From Acidobacteriota bacterium (GTDB lineage Bacteria; Acidobacteriota; Vicinamibacteria; Vicinamibacterales; UBA2999), in contig JAIVJN010000031.1 in assembly GCA_020200025.1 (NCBI GenBank), forward strand, positions 1-35,284: a DNA stretch of 35,284 nt, in the 5' to 3' direction. The notes below the pieces were generated by a model that saw only the letters and a program-made list of their open reading frames with translations, did no database searches and had not been told where the DNA came from. Made by a program: the position numbers and the translations under genes. Positions 17,671-26,070 of the stretch are shown here, one piece after another; the first letter of the stretch is position 1; each line of letters begins with the position of its first letter.

Positions 17671-18105
17671 TCACGCCGACAGTCCGGCCCAGTCGGGATG
17701 CACGTGCAGCTTGCGGCCTTCGAGGGGGAGTGCGGTTGGGGTCCCGCTACCGGTGACCCGCAACACCGCGCGATCGAGCCGCGCCAGCAGGACGGCCAGA
17801 CCGCGCTCGTCCGGCGCCGTGACGACGATGACACCGGGACTTTCGCGGATGGGAAACGCGCGGTCGTCGAGATAGTCGTGATCCAGCGTGACGAGCGTCC
17901 GGCGAAGCTGGCGGGCGAGCCTGAAATGCTGGCTGTCTCGTGCCCGCCGCAGGTCTGGCTCCTCCAGGACGAATAGCACGTCCCACGCGAGTCGATGCCG
18001 CATGAACGCGACCAGGCCCGCCGGCACGTTGGCGTCGGCGTACACGCGGGGGCGCTCCGACGCGCGGTCAGCGAAGGGCGCCAATTCGGACGAGAGCGTG
18101 CCCAC
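17671..18105 (-). CDS. DUF5615 / Mut7-C type PIN-like domain protein (144 aa)
   Basis: YADANVP...ARD...LVTLDHDY...PGVIV pattern. The GTG start overlaps the upstream TAG. Confidence 0.72.
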   Translation of the reverse strand: MGTLSSELAPFADRASERPRVYADANVPAGLVAFMRHRLAWDVLFVLEEPDLRRARDSQHFRLARQLRRTLVTLDHDYLDDRAFPIRESPGVIVVTAPDERGLAVLLARLDRAVLRVTGSGTPTALPLEGRKLHVHPDWAGLSA

Positions 18106-19352
18106 TATTTCTTCTTCTTCTGTGGTTGCGGCTTCTTTGCTTGCCGCCGCGACGGGCTCGGTCCGGATGGCCGGCTCGCTTTGAGCGGTGTCGCCTGTTT
18201 GGCCGCGCGTGTTGCGGCGTCGGCGGCGGCGCTCGACGTCGGGCGTATGGTCGCCCGTTGCGCCTCCGCTTTGAGGCGATCGACGAGGACGCTCCGTTGA
18301 TCGACGAGACGCTTTCGCGGGCGGCGCCCGTTGGCGTGACCCACCGCGTACTCGCAAAACAGAGGGAAGGCGATCGTCGAATCGCAGTATGCGACAACCG
18401 TGTCGGGCAAAACGCCCGGGTTGACCTTGCCCCAGCTCACCGCCTCGGCCGGCGTGGCGCCAGAGAGCCCGCCCCAGACCACCTGGTCGGTCGTGAACTG
18501 AATGAAATAGTCGTTGCCGCCCTTTGGGATGCCGTAGACCTCCCACAACGTCGGCTGTCCCTGCAGATAAAAGTTCTTGGGCGAGCCGCCGCCGAGGATG
18601 ACGCAGCCGTTCTTCTCTCCAGCGAGGATGATGGCGCACACCTCGTTGACGTCTTTGTTCGCATCGATCATGAGGCGACTGCCGTTCATCAGCTCGTGGT
18701 AGGCGATGTTCATCCCGATGGAGCTGTCGCCAGGCGACGAGGTATAGAGCGGCACGCCGTACTTCGCCGCGCTCGCCACGACCGAGTATTCGTCGCAGCC
18801 CGGACGCGTCTCGAGCAAGTGGTTCCCCAGCACGTAGTGGAAGTCGGCCGTCGAGAGGGCGGTGTCGAGCCCGCTCTGCGTGAGAAAGTCGCGGATGAAG
18901 CGATCGGTGTCGAGCAGCACCTGCGCAGGGAAGAGGACGTCGTAGATGCGAATGATGCCGTCTTTGTAGAGCTCGCGATCGTCGACGAACGGGGACCCCC
19001 GGTGCAAGGTGAAGTTCAGCGCGTAATGCAGATCGTGATACAGATTGGCGCCGGTGCTGATGACGAAGTCGACCAGTCCGCGCTCCATCAGCTCGATGAG
19101 GCAGCCGCCCAGACCCGCCGGCGTCAGCGCCCCGGCAACGGTGAGGCCAATGGTCGTGTCGTGGGCCGTGTCCAGCATCTTGTCCGTGTAGATGCGGCAT
19201 GCCTCGCCGAGGCGGGCGGCATTGAACGCCTGAAAGCCTTCGTCGATGAGGCGTCGCACCTCGGCGCCCCCCTGGGGGCGGTAGTAGCGAATCGGCCGGC
19301 CCGAGAGACGAGAACGGGTCGATGAGGAGGAACCGGGCGATCGATGCGGCAC
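18105..19352 (-). CDS. Deoxyhypusine synthase family protein (probable homospermidine/polyamine synthesis)
   Basis: AGALTPAGLG, STGANLYHD, PGDSSIG, GGGSPKN, GGLSGATPAEAVSWGK (catalytic Lys) and DSTIA motifs. GTG at 19352 with GGAGG. Confidence 0.9.
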   Translation of the reverse strand: MPHRSPGSSSSTRSRLSGRPIRYYRPQGGAEVRRLIDEGFQAFNAARLGEACRIYTDKMLDTAHDTTIGLTVAGALTPAGLGGCLIELMERGLVDFVISTGANLYHDLHYALNFTLHRGSPFVDDRELYKDGIIRIYDVLFPAQVLLDTDRFIRDFLTQSGLDTALSTADFHYVLGNHLLETRPGCDEYSVVASAAKYGVPLYTSSPGDSSIGMNIAYHELMNGSRLMIDANKDVNEVCAIILAGEKNGCVILGGGSPKNFYLQGQPTLWEVYGIPKGGNDYFIQFTTDQVVWGGLSGATPAEAVSWGKVNPGVLPDTVVAYCDSTIAFPLFCEYAVGHANGRRPRKRLVDQRSVLVDRLKAEAQRATIRPTSSAAADAATRAAKQATPLKASRPSGPSPSRRQAKKPQPQKKKK

Positions 19353-19507
19353 AGGAAAGGAGCCTCCGAGGATGTGCCTCAAGGGTAGCATCGCGTAAGC
19401 GCAGGTGGGACGGTCCGGCCCGGTCCGGGTGGTCGGGCGGATTCGGCGGGCGCTTTGGGCAAGCTGTTGACGCTGCTGACGCTCCTTCATGTGTCATCTG
19501 GACCTGA

Positions 19508-19556
19508 CCTACCAGCCCTCTACCCGCCCAACCAGCCCTACCAGCCCTACCAGCCC
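19508..19556. repeat. Degenerate 9-mer tandem repeat (CCTACCAGC)n
   Basis: About 5 imperfect units. Related complementary units occur at about 4391-4440 and 19410-19445. Confidence 0.6.
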
Positions 19557-19603
19557 GAAAATTAACGTCCGTATGACACACAGCCGATAGAGACGAGACG
19601 CCC

Positions 19604-20977
19604 GTGGACGATCTGATGTTTGCCGCTCGCCGTGCCACCGCCGGGAGCTCTGGCCGTGCAGAGCTCGACATCGACGCACGGTTCCGCACGTTGGTCCAGT
19701 CGCCGCTCCGTGCCGGCCTCCTACGTTTTCTGAGTGCCCGACCGGATGAACGGTACGACCTCGAAGCGCTGATGCAGACGTTCGGTCGCATGCGGCTCGA
19801 CGTGGAGAACTGTCTGCACGAGCTCGTCGAGTTCGGCGTCGTGAGCCGACTGACCGGCGAGCCGCCGGCATATGCCGCGGCTCGCCCTCATCACGAACAC
19901 GCGGCACGGCTGCTCGACACGTTTCTCGAACGTCGCGCGGCGGTCGGCATCGAAGATCGCTCGCCGTCGGTGCAGCGCTTCCGCGAGATGATCGGACGCG
20001 ACGAGAAGATGCTGGCCATCTTCGAGTGGATTCGCACGGCGGCCAAGGCGGACATTGCCGTGCTCATCCTCGGCCCGACCGGCTCGGGCAAAGAGGTCGT
20101 GGCCCGGATGATCCACGAGCTCTCGCGGCGCGGATCGGAGAAATTCCAGGCGGTCAACTGCGCCGCCCTGCCCGACACTCTCTTCGAGTCGGAGATCTTC
20201 GGCTATGAGAAAGGGGCATTCACGGGCGCGCACGATCGCAAGCCGGGTCGCCTCGAGCTCGCCAACGGCGGAACGCTGTTTCTGGACGAGGTCGGCGATC
20301 TCTCACTGGTCGCCCAGGCCAAGCTGCTACGCGTGCTCGAAGAGCGACGCTTCGAGCGGCTTGGCGGCAACACGTCGATCCATGTCGATTTCCGGTTGAT
20401 CTCGGCGACGAATCGTCCTCTCGACCTCTTCGTGCGCGAAAGTCGGTTCCGCGAAGATCTTTATTACCGGATCAACGCGTTCTCCATCCGCCTGCCCTCG
20501 CTGCGCGAGCGCGCCGTGGATATTCCGGTGCTGGCCGGACGGTTTCTGGCGCACTACTGCGCCGCCAACGGGCTGCCGCTCGACGGCAAGGTGTTCTCGC
20601 CGGAGTCGGCCAACCTGCTCGTGCGCTATCACTGGCCGGGGAACATTCGCGAGCTCGAAAGCACCGTGTCACGGGCCGCCCTCTCGGCGCCGGGCCGGAC
20701 CATACGACCGGCCGACATCGAGTTTCTGCACGGAACGGCACCGCCGCCGGAGGAGGTCTCCTCGGCCCGCTTGCCCTCGCTCCGCGACGCCGAGCGGGCG
20801 CACGTCATGCGGGTGCTCGAAGCGGTCGAATGGAACAAGCTCGAAGCCGCACGCGTGCTCGACATCAGCCGCGGCACGCTATATCGCAAGATCGACGAGT
20901 ACGGCCTCGAGCCGTCGGCGGCCGAGGGCCGCCGACGGCCCCGTCGCCCGCCGTCAGTGGAGTCGGGGAACACGTAG
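19604..20977 (+). CDS. Sigma-54-dependent enhancer-binding protein (AAA+, Fis HTH) with atypical N-terminal domain
   Basis: GPTGSGKE, ESEIFG, GAFTGA, FLDEV, FREDLYYR, WPGNIREL and a C-terminal HTH. Confidence 0.92.
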   Translation: MDDLMFAARRATAGSSGRAELDIDARFRTLVQSPLRAGLLRFLSARPDERYDLEALMQTFGRMRLDVENCLHELVEFGVVSRLTGEPPAYAAARPHHEHAARLLDTFLERRAAVGIEDRSPSVQRFREMIGRDEKMLAIFEWIRTAAKADIAVLILGPTGSGKEVVARMIHELSRRGSEKFQAVNCAALPDTLFESEIFGYEKGAFTGAHDRKPGRLELANGGTLFLDEVGDLSLVAQAKLLRVLEERRFERLGGNTSIHVDFRLISATNRPLDLFVRESRFREDLYYRINAFSIRLPSLRERAVDIPVLAGRFLAHYCAANGLPLDGKVFSPESANLLVRYHWPGNIRELESTVSRAALSAPGRTIRPADIEFLHGTAPPPEEVSSARLPSLRDAERAHVMRVLEAVEWNKLEAARVLDISRGTLYRKIDEYGLEPSAAEGRRRPRRPPSVESGNT

Positions 20978-21031
20978 CCGGTCCGTCTTGCACGAGGATG
21001 CACGGCCCGTTCCTAAAAGAGCAGGACAGGC

Positions 21032-21123
21032 TTGAGCCGCGATCAGGTCTAGGCTATCCTCGTACTGCTGGGGTTCGGGAGCCCCGAGTAATGCAGTACT
21101 GCACGGTAATGCAGTATTGCACG
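21032..21123 (+). promoter_or_regulatory. Putative sigma70 promoter followed by a tandem palindromic 18-mer
   Basis: TTGAGC-N17-TATCCT (21032-21060), then GTAATGCAGTA(C/T)TGCACG x2 (21088-21123). Confidence 0.5.
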
Positions 21124-21234
21124 GCCGTGACTGACCAGCCCTGGCGAGACGTCTGACCGATTGCGGTGTGCGGCGGAGGCGAGTGCCACCGGTGCACACC
21201 GAACGGCGCCACGGTTGTTCAGGAAAGTTGAGGC

Positions 21235-23757
21235 ATGAAGGCACTCCCCCTCGCCGCCCGCCTCTACGTCGGTTTCATCATCGCGATCGGCGCCGCTCTG
21301 CTCGTCGGGCTGGCGCCGCTGGCGCGGGTTGACCGGCCCGATCTTTTCCTCGCGCTGCTGCTGCTGTCGACCGTCACCTCGCCCTTTAAGGTCAGCCTCC
21401 CACTCAGCAAGAGCGGTTCGTCGATGTCGGTATCGTACGCCGTCGACTTCGCCGCGCTCCTCCTGCTCGGTCCTCATGAAGCGATGTTGGTCGCGGTCGC
21501 CAGCGCGTGGAGCCAGTGCACGTTCCGCATGAAGACGCCCAACGCGCCCTACCGCACGCTGTTCAGCATGGCGTGCCTGGCTATTACGGTGCAGATGACG
21601 GGCTTGGTCTATGGCTGGCTCGGCGGCGTGCCTGGTACGCTGGGGCATTCGGTCCCGAACATCGTGCGCTCTGTGGTTGGCGCCGCCACGACCTATTTTG
21701 CGTTCAACACCTGTATGATCGCGGTGGCGATCGCGCTCTCCACGAGGCAATCGTTTTTCAGCGTGTGGAACCAGAACTTCCTGTGGAGCGCGCCCAGTTA
21801 CTTCGTGGGCGCCGGCGCCGCTGCCGCGGCGACGTGGGCCATCGTCGCCTCGGGCGGCGTGTGGCTGGCTCTCCTCGCGGCCGCGCCGCTCTACCTCACG
21901 TATCGAACCTACAAGGTGTACCTTGGCCGTATCGAAGACGAACGCCGGCACGGCTCCGAGATGGCCGACCTGCATCTGGCGACGATCGAGGCGCTGGCCC
22001 TCGCCATCGATGCCAAGGACCAGACGGCGCAGACACACATCCGCCGGGTGCAGGTCTATGCCGCCGGGTTGGCGCGGGCGCTCGGGATGACCGACAACGA
22101 GATCCAGGGTGTGAAGACGGCTGCGCTCCTTCACGACATCGGCAAGCTGGCCGTGCCCGAGCACATCCTGTCGAAGCCGGGACCGCTCACGCAGGAAGAG
22201 TTCCAGAAGATCCGCATCCATCCGCAGGTGGGCGCCGAGATCATCAGTGCCGTGTCGTTCCCGTATCCCGTCGCGCCGCTCATCTTGAGTCACCACGAGC
22301 GGTGGGACGGCAAGGGCTATCCGCAGGGTCTGACCGGCGAGGAGATCCCGCTCGGTGCCCGAATCCTCTCGGTCGTCGACTACTTCGACGCCTTGACGTC
22401 CGATCGTCCGTACCACAAGGCGATGACCCACGACGCCGCGCTCGCGCTCCTCACTCAGGAGTCGAGCCGTGCGCTGGATCCGGCAGTCGTGCAGATGTTC
22501 ATCACGATGCTGCCCGTGCTCGCGGCCGAGGCCGAGAAGCTCGAGGTGGGCCCCACGCGTCGCCTCACGCTCGAATCGACGTCCGATCTCGGACGGCCGG
22601 CGGTCGGCTTCCAGCCCGAGAGCAAGAGCAGCACGGTCTTCGAGGACATCGCGCTCGCCCACCGCGAGATCTACGCCCTTTACGAGATTGCCCAGACGAT
22701 GGGCACCAGCCTCGGCGTCTCCGACACAATGGCGCTCATCTCGTCGAAGTTGAGCAGCCTGGTGCCGTTCTCGTCGTGCGCGCTGTCTCTCTACAACAAC
22801 GAGAGCGACACGTTGCGTTGTCGCTTCGCCACGGGCGTCGAGGCCGACATCATCGGCACGATGATGGTGCGGAGCGGCCAAGGGCTCACCGGCTGGGTGG
22901 CGCGTAACAAACGGCCGCTTGTCAACGCCAGGCCCAGCGCCGATTTCGAAGCCGCCGGGTTCACCGCGCGTGCCACCGGCCTGCAGTCGGCGCTCGTGGC
23001 GCCGCTCGTCTACAACGACCGCTTCATCGGAACGCTGGCGGTCTATCACGCGGAGCCCGATTTCTATACCGACGACCATCGGCGTCTCCTCGATCGGGTG
23101 TGCGAGCAAGCCTCCGCCGTCATCCACAACTCGATCGTCTTCGAGCAGACCCAAGAGGATTCGCTGACCGACGCGCTCACGAGCCTCCCGAACACGCGGT
23201 TCATGTTCATGCACCTGACACGCGAGCTGGCGCGCGCCGAGCGTCTCAAGTCGGAGGTCGCGCTGCTCGTCATGGATCTCGACAACTTCAAGGAGATCAA
23301 TGACAGCTACGGACACCATGTCGGCGACCGCGCCCTGCGCGAGGTGGCTCCGGTCCTCCGCAGCACCATCCGGCCCTACGACATCTGTGTCCGTTACGCG
23401 GGCGACGAGTTCATCGTCGTGCTCGCCGGGTGCGGCATCGAGGAAGCGGAGCGCAAACGCGTCGAGTTGCAGCGCGCCGTGGACGAGCTCGTGTTCGAGG
23501 CGCGGCCGGATCGTCGTCTGCCGATCGCCGTCAGCATCGGCGCCGCGATTTACCCACATGACGGCGAGACGTACGAGGCGCTCCTTGCCACCGCCGACAG
23601 CCGCATGTATCGTGACAAGACGCGGCGCAAGCAGCAGCAGCCGCGGTTGGCGGCCGCTGCCACCGGCACTGACGGCTCTCCTGTTTCCGTCGGTGCGGTG
23701 CCGCTGCCCGAAGTGACCGACATCGATATTCAGCGGGCCGGCATGGGGGTACTCTGA
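21235..23757 (+). CDS. Membrane c-di-GMP enzyme: multi-TM + HD-GYP + GAF + GGDEF
   Basis: Several N-terminal TM helices, LHDIGK, HHERWDGKGYP, a GAF-like segment, DLDNFKEINDSYGH..GD and RYAGDEF. Confidence 0.92.
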   Translation: MKALPLAARLYVGFIIAIGAALLVGLAPLARVDRPDLFLALLLLSTVTSPFKVSLPLSKSGSSMSVSYAVDFAALLLLGPHEAMLVAVASAWSQCTFRMKTPNAPYRTLFSMACLAITVQMTGLVYGWLGGVPGTLGHSVPNIVRSVVGAATTYFAFNTCMIAVAIALSTRQSFFSVWNQNFLWSAPSYFVGAGAAAAATWAIVASGGVWLALLAAAPLYLTYRTYKVYLGRIEDERRHGSEMADLHLATIEALALAIDAKDQTAQTHIRRVQVYAAGLARALGMTDNEIQGVKTAALLHDIGKLAVPEHILSKPGPLTQEEFQKIRIHPQVGAEIISAVSFPYPVAPLILSHHERWDGKGYPQGLTGEEIPLGARILSVVDYFDALTSDRPYHKAMTHDAALALLTQESSRALDPAVVQMFITMLPVLAAEAEKLEVGPTRRLTLESTSDLGRPAVGFQPESKSSTVFEDIALAHREIYALYEIAQTMGTSLGVSDTMALISSKLSSLVPFSSCALSLYNNESDTLRCRFATGVEADIIGTMMVRSGQGLTGWVARNKRPLVNARPSADFEAAGFTARATGLQSALVAPLVYNDRFIGTLAVYHAEPDFYTDDHRRLLDRVCEQASAVIHNSIVFEQTQEDSLTDALTSLPNTRFMFMHLTRELARAERLKSEVALLVMDLDNFKEINDSYGHHVGDRALREVAPVLRSTIRPYDICVRYAGDEFIVVLAGCGIEEAERKRVELQRAVDELVFEARPDRRLPIAVSIGAAIYPHDGETYEALLATADSRMYRDKTRRKQQQPRLAAAATGTDGSPVSVGAVPLPEVTDIDIQRAGMGVL

Positions 23758-23815
23758 TCAGCGTGTAGAGTTCAAAATGCAGAGAGCCTGTGAATCAATA
23801 GCCGCGAAAGCCACG

Positions 23816-23856
23816 CCCCTCGACTCCGCTCTGGGCGTCCTGAGCAACGTCGAAGG
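23816..23856. repeat. REP-like palindrome CCCCTCGACTCCGCTCTGGGCGTCCTGAGCAACGTCGAAGG
   Basis: Imperfect inverted repeat in the intergenic region. Confidence 0.5.
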
Positions 23857-23930
23857 ACGATGATCACGAAGAAAGGATATTGAGACCTTCTTCCCTCCGT
23901 GTGCTTCGTCCTTTCGCTGTGCACTGAGAC

Positions 23931-24635
23931 GTGCCGTCCCTCATCCTCACCGCCCGCGACGTCGAACACGCCACCCCTCGCACGCGCATCATTCGGCTGG
24001 CGCTCGACGCTCAGCCGTTCTCCTTCCTCGCTGGTCAAGCGGTGATGGCCGGGCTGCCGATCGGAGCGGTGCGCAAGCCGTACTCGATCGCATCCTCACC
24101 TGCACAAACCGCGCGCGCACGCGAGATTGAGCTGCTCGTGCAGATCGAGGAGACCGACGCCGCCGACCCGCATCTCGACCGGGCCACGCCGGGCACGGCT
24201 GTCGAAATCACAGGGCCCTTCGGCAGCTTCGTGCTCCCTCACACGATTCCCGAGCGGCGGCTGTTCTTTCTTGCCGGCGGCACCGGTATCGCACCGCTCC
24301 GCTCGATGATGTGGGACGGCCTCGAGCGAAACCTCGCCGATCGTGTCGCCGTGGTTTACAGCGCGCGAAGTCCGGAGGAGTTTGCCTACGAGAGCGAGCT
24401 GCGTCGTCTCGCGACCGAGGGGCGGATCGAGTTGCACCTGACGGTCACCCGTGATGTGGTATCCACGTGGGGCGGCCTGCGCGGCCGCATCGATCGCCAG
24501 TTGGTTGCCAGTGTGCTGCGCGAGCCCGTCACCCACTGCGTCGTCTGCGGCCCGCCCGCGCTCGTCGCCGACGCCACCGACCTACTGCGCGATCTGGGCG
24601 TCGACGAGCAGCGTATTCTCACCGAGCGCTACTGA
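23931..24635 (+). CDS. FAD/NAD(P)-binding ferredoxin reductase-like oxidoreductase
   Basis: AGQ, KPYSIAS, GPFGSF, AGGTGIAP, CGP and terminal ERY motifs. Confidence 0.88.
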   Translation: MPSLILTARDVEHATPRTRIIRLALDAQPFSFLAGQAVMAGLPIGAVRKPYSIASSPAQTARAREIELLVQIEETDAADPHLDRATPGTAVEITGPFGSFVLPHTIPERRLFFLAGGTGIAPLRSMMWDGLERNLADRVAVVYSARSPEEFAYESELRRLATEGRIELHLTVTRDVVSTWGGLRGRIDRQLVASVLREPVTHCVVCGPPALVADATDLLRDLGVDEQRILTERY

Positions 24636-24649
24636 CGAAACACGGAGTC

Positions 24650-24682
24650 AAGGCAGAAGGCAGAAGGCCTTTTGCCTTTTGC
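24650..24682. terminator. Heptamer-repeat hairpin between convergent genes
   Basis: AAGGCAGAAGGCAGAAGG/CCTTTTGCCTTTTGC. Confidence 0.45.
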
Positions 24683-24686
24683 GTCT

Positions 24687-25460
24687 CTACATGCCAATCG
24701 TGTGATAGCCGGCGTCGACCATCAGCACTTCCCCGGTGACGCCACGGCTGGCATCGCTCAGGAAGAAAAGGCTGGCATCACCCACCTCGGCGGCGTCGAT
24801 GTTGCGGCGAAGCGGAGCGCGCTCGCGAGCGATGGTGAGCATCGCCGAGATGCCGCCGATACCAGCCGCGGCCAGGGTCTTGATCGGTCCGGCCGAGACG
24901 GCGTTGACCCGGACGTTGTCCGGCCCGAGATCGGCGGCGAGATAGCGCACCGACGCTTCGAGTGCCGCCTTGGCCACGCCCATCACGTTGTAATTGGGGA
25001 ACACACGCTCGCTGCCCAGGAAGGAGAGCGTGACGATGCTGCCGCCGCCGCGTGCCTGCATCAACGGACGCGTGGCCCGAGCGAGGCCGATGAGCGAGTA
25101 GGCGCTCACGTCGAGGGCGTTCTTGAAGCCTTCGCGCGACGTGTCGCTGAATCGATTGGTCAGCTCGTCGCGCGCGGCGAACGCGACGCCGTGCACGAGG
25201 AAGTCGAGGCCACCGTGCTCGGCCTCGATGCGTTCGGCCACCGTCTGCAAGGCGACATCATCTTGAACGTCGAGCGAGAGCAGCAGCGGACGCGGTGTCA
25301 ACGTGTCGGCGAGCTCGCTGACGTGCTCTTCGAAGCGATCCTGATAGGTGAGAACGAGAGTGGCGCCGGCGGCTGCAGCGCGCTGTGCAATCGCCCACGA
25401 CAGAGACCGCTTGTTGGCAACGCCGACGACGAGACCGATTTTTTGCGCGAGAACGCTCAT
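24687..25460 (-). CDS. fabI: Enoyl-ACP reductase
   Basis: GVANKRSLSWAIA, SAYSL, YNVMGVAKAALEASVRYLA and SAGPIKTLAA motifs. Own ATG at 25460. Confidence 0.93.
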   Translation of the reverse strand: MSVLAQKIGLVVGVANKRSLSWAIAQRAAAAGATLVLTYQDRFEEHVSELADTLTPRPLLLSLDVQDDVALQTVAERIEAEHGGLDFLVHGVAFAARDELTNRFSDTSREGFKNALDVSAYSLIGLARATRPLMQARGGGSIVTLSFLGSERVFPNYNVMGVAKAALEASVRYLAADLGPDNVRVNAVSAGPIKTLAAAGIGGISAMLTIARERAPLRRNIDAAEVGDASLFFLSDASRGVTGEVLMVDAGYHTIGM

Positions 25461-25464
25461 GCAC

Positions 25465-25934
25465 TCAGCGTTTCTTACCGCCACGGCCGCGTCCACCCCG
25501 CCCACGCTCGGCACGATTGCCCGACCAGCCGCCTGGGCCCTGGCTGCGATCGCCGCTGTGGCGGCCGTGTCCCGCGGGGCGCGGTCCACCGAATCTCGAC
25601 GGCCCGCCCGATCCGTGCACCTCGCTTCCGCGGCGCCTGGTGCCGCCGCCACCTTGGCGAGGACCTCCAGGCCGCCATCGTCAGTCACCTGGACGGCGCG
25701 CGGGGGCGGGTGGAGCCCCTCTAGCACTTGGCCGACCAAACCGGGCGACGCTTTCTTACGACGCTGCGGCGGTACCCGCGCTTGTTTGTATTCGTGCTCG
25801 GTGTCGCACGAGGCGCATCGAGTCTGTTGAATCTTGTCCTCGACCATCGCCACGATGGCGTGATCGGTGATGCGGCGCTCACGCGGACAGTAGTCGTCCA
25901 CGACGTCACCAGGCCGAAGCCGGCGTTGCTCCAT
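25465..25934 (-). CDS. Hypothetical protein with Cys/His N-domain and RGG-rich tail, broken near 25675
   Basis: The N-terminal DDYCPRE..TDH...RCASCDTEH is in one frame. The tail ...GPSRFGGPRP...RGRGGRGRGGKKR* (stop 25465-25467) is in another. Confidence 0.65.
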
Positions 25935-26070
25935 GCATTCCCCCGAAAACGATTCAGATCACTGTCAGGTGGGAAGCTGAACTCGACGGGGCGGTTACCC
26001 CGCAATCGTACAGTTTGATCGATTGAACAGAGACAGTGAGCGCAGGTGCGTGCGAGTGTAGCAAACGGGC

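Noticed and set aside
17671-19791. 706-aa ORF
   Set aside because: Only the last 144 codons (PIN-like) look coding. The rest is an alternative frame over the DHS gene.
19508-21123. Short repeats as a CRISPR array
   Set aside because: No unique spacers of regular length and no cas genes.
21049-23559. 836-aa antisense ORF (and similar ones at 16341, 27658, 30821 and 32635)
   Set aside because: Shadow ORFs opposite well-supported genes, expected from high-GC codon bias. No recognisable motifs.
24687-25934. 415-aa 'hypothetical-FabI fusion'
   Set aside because: Produced by the frame-shifting junction near 25675. The upstream gene has its own RGG tail and stop, and fabI has its own ATG.
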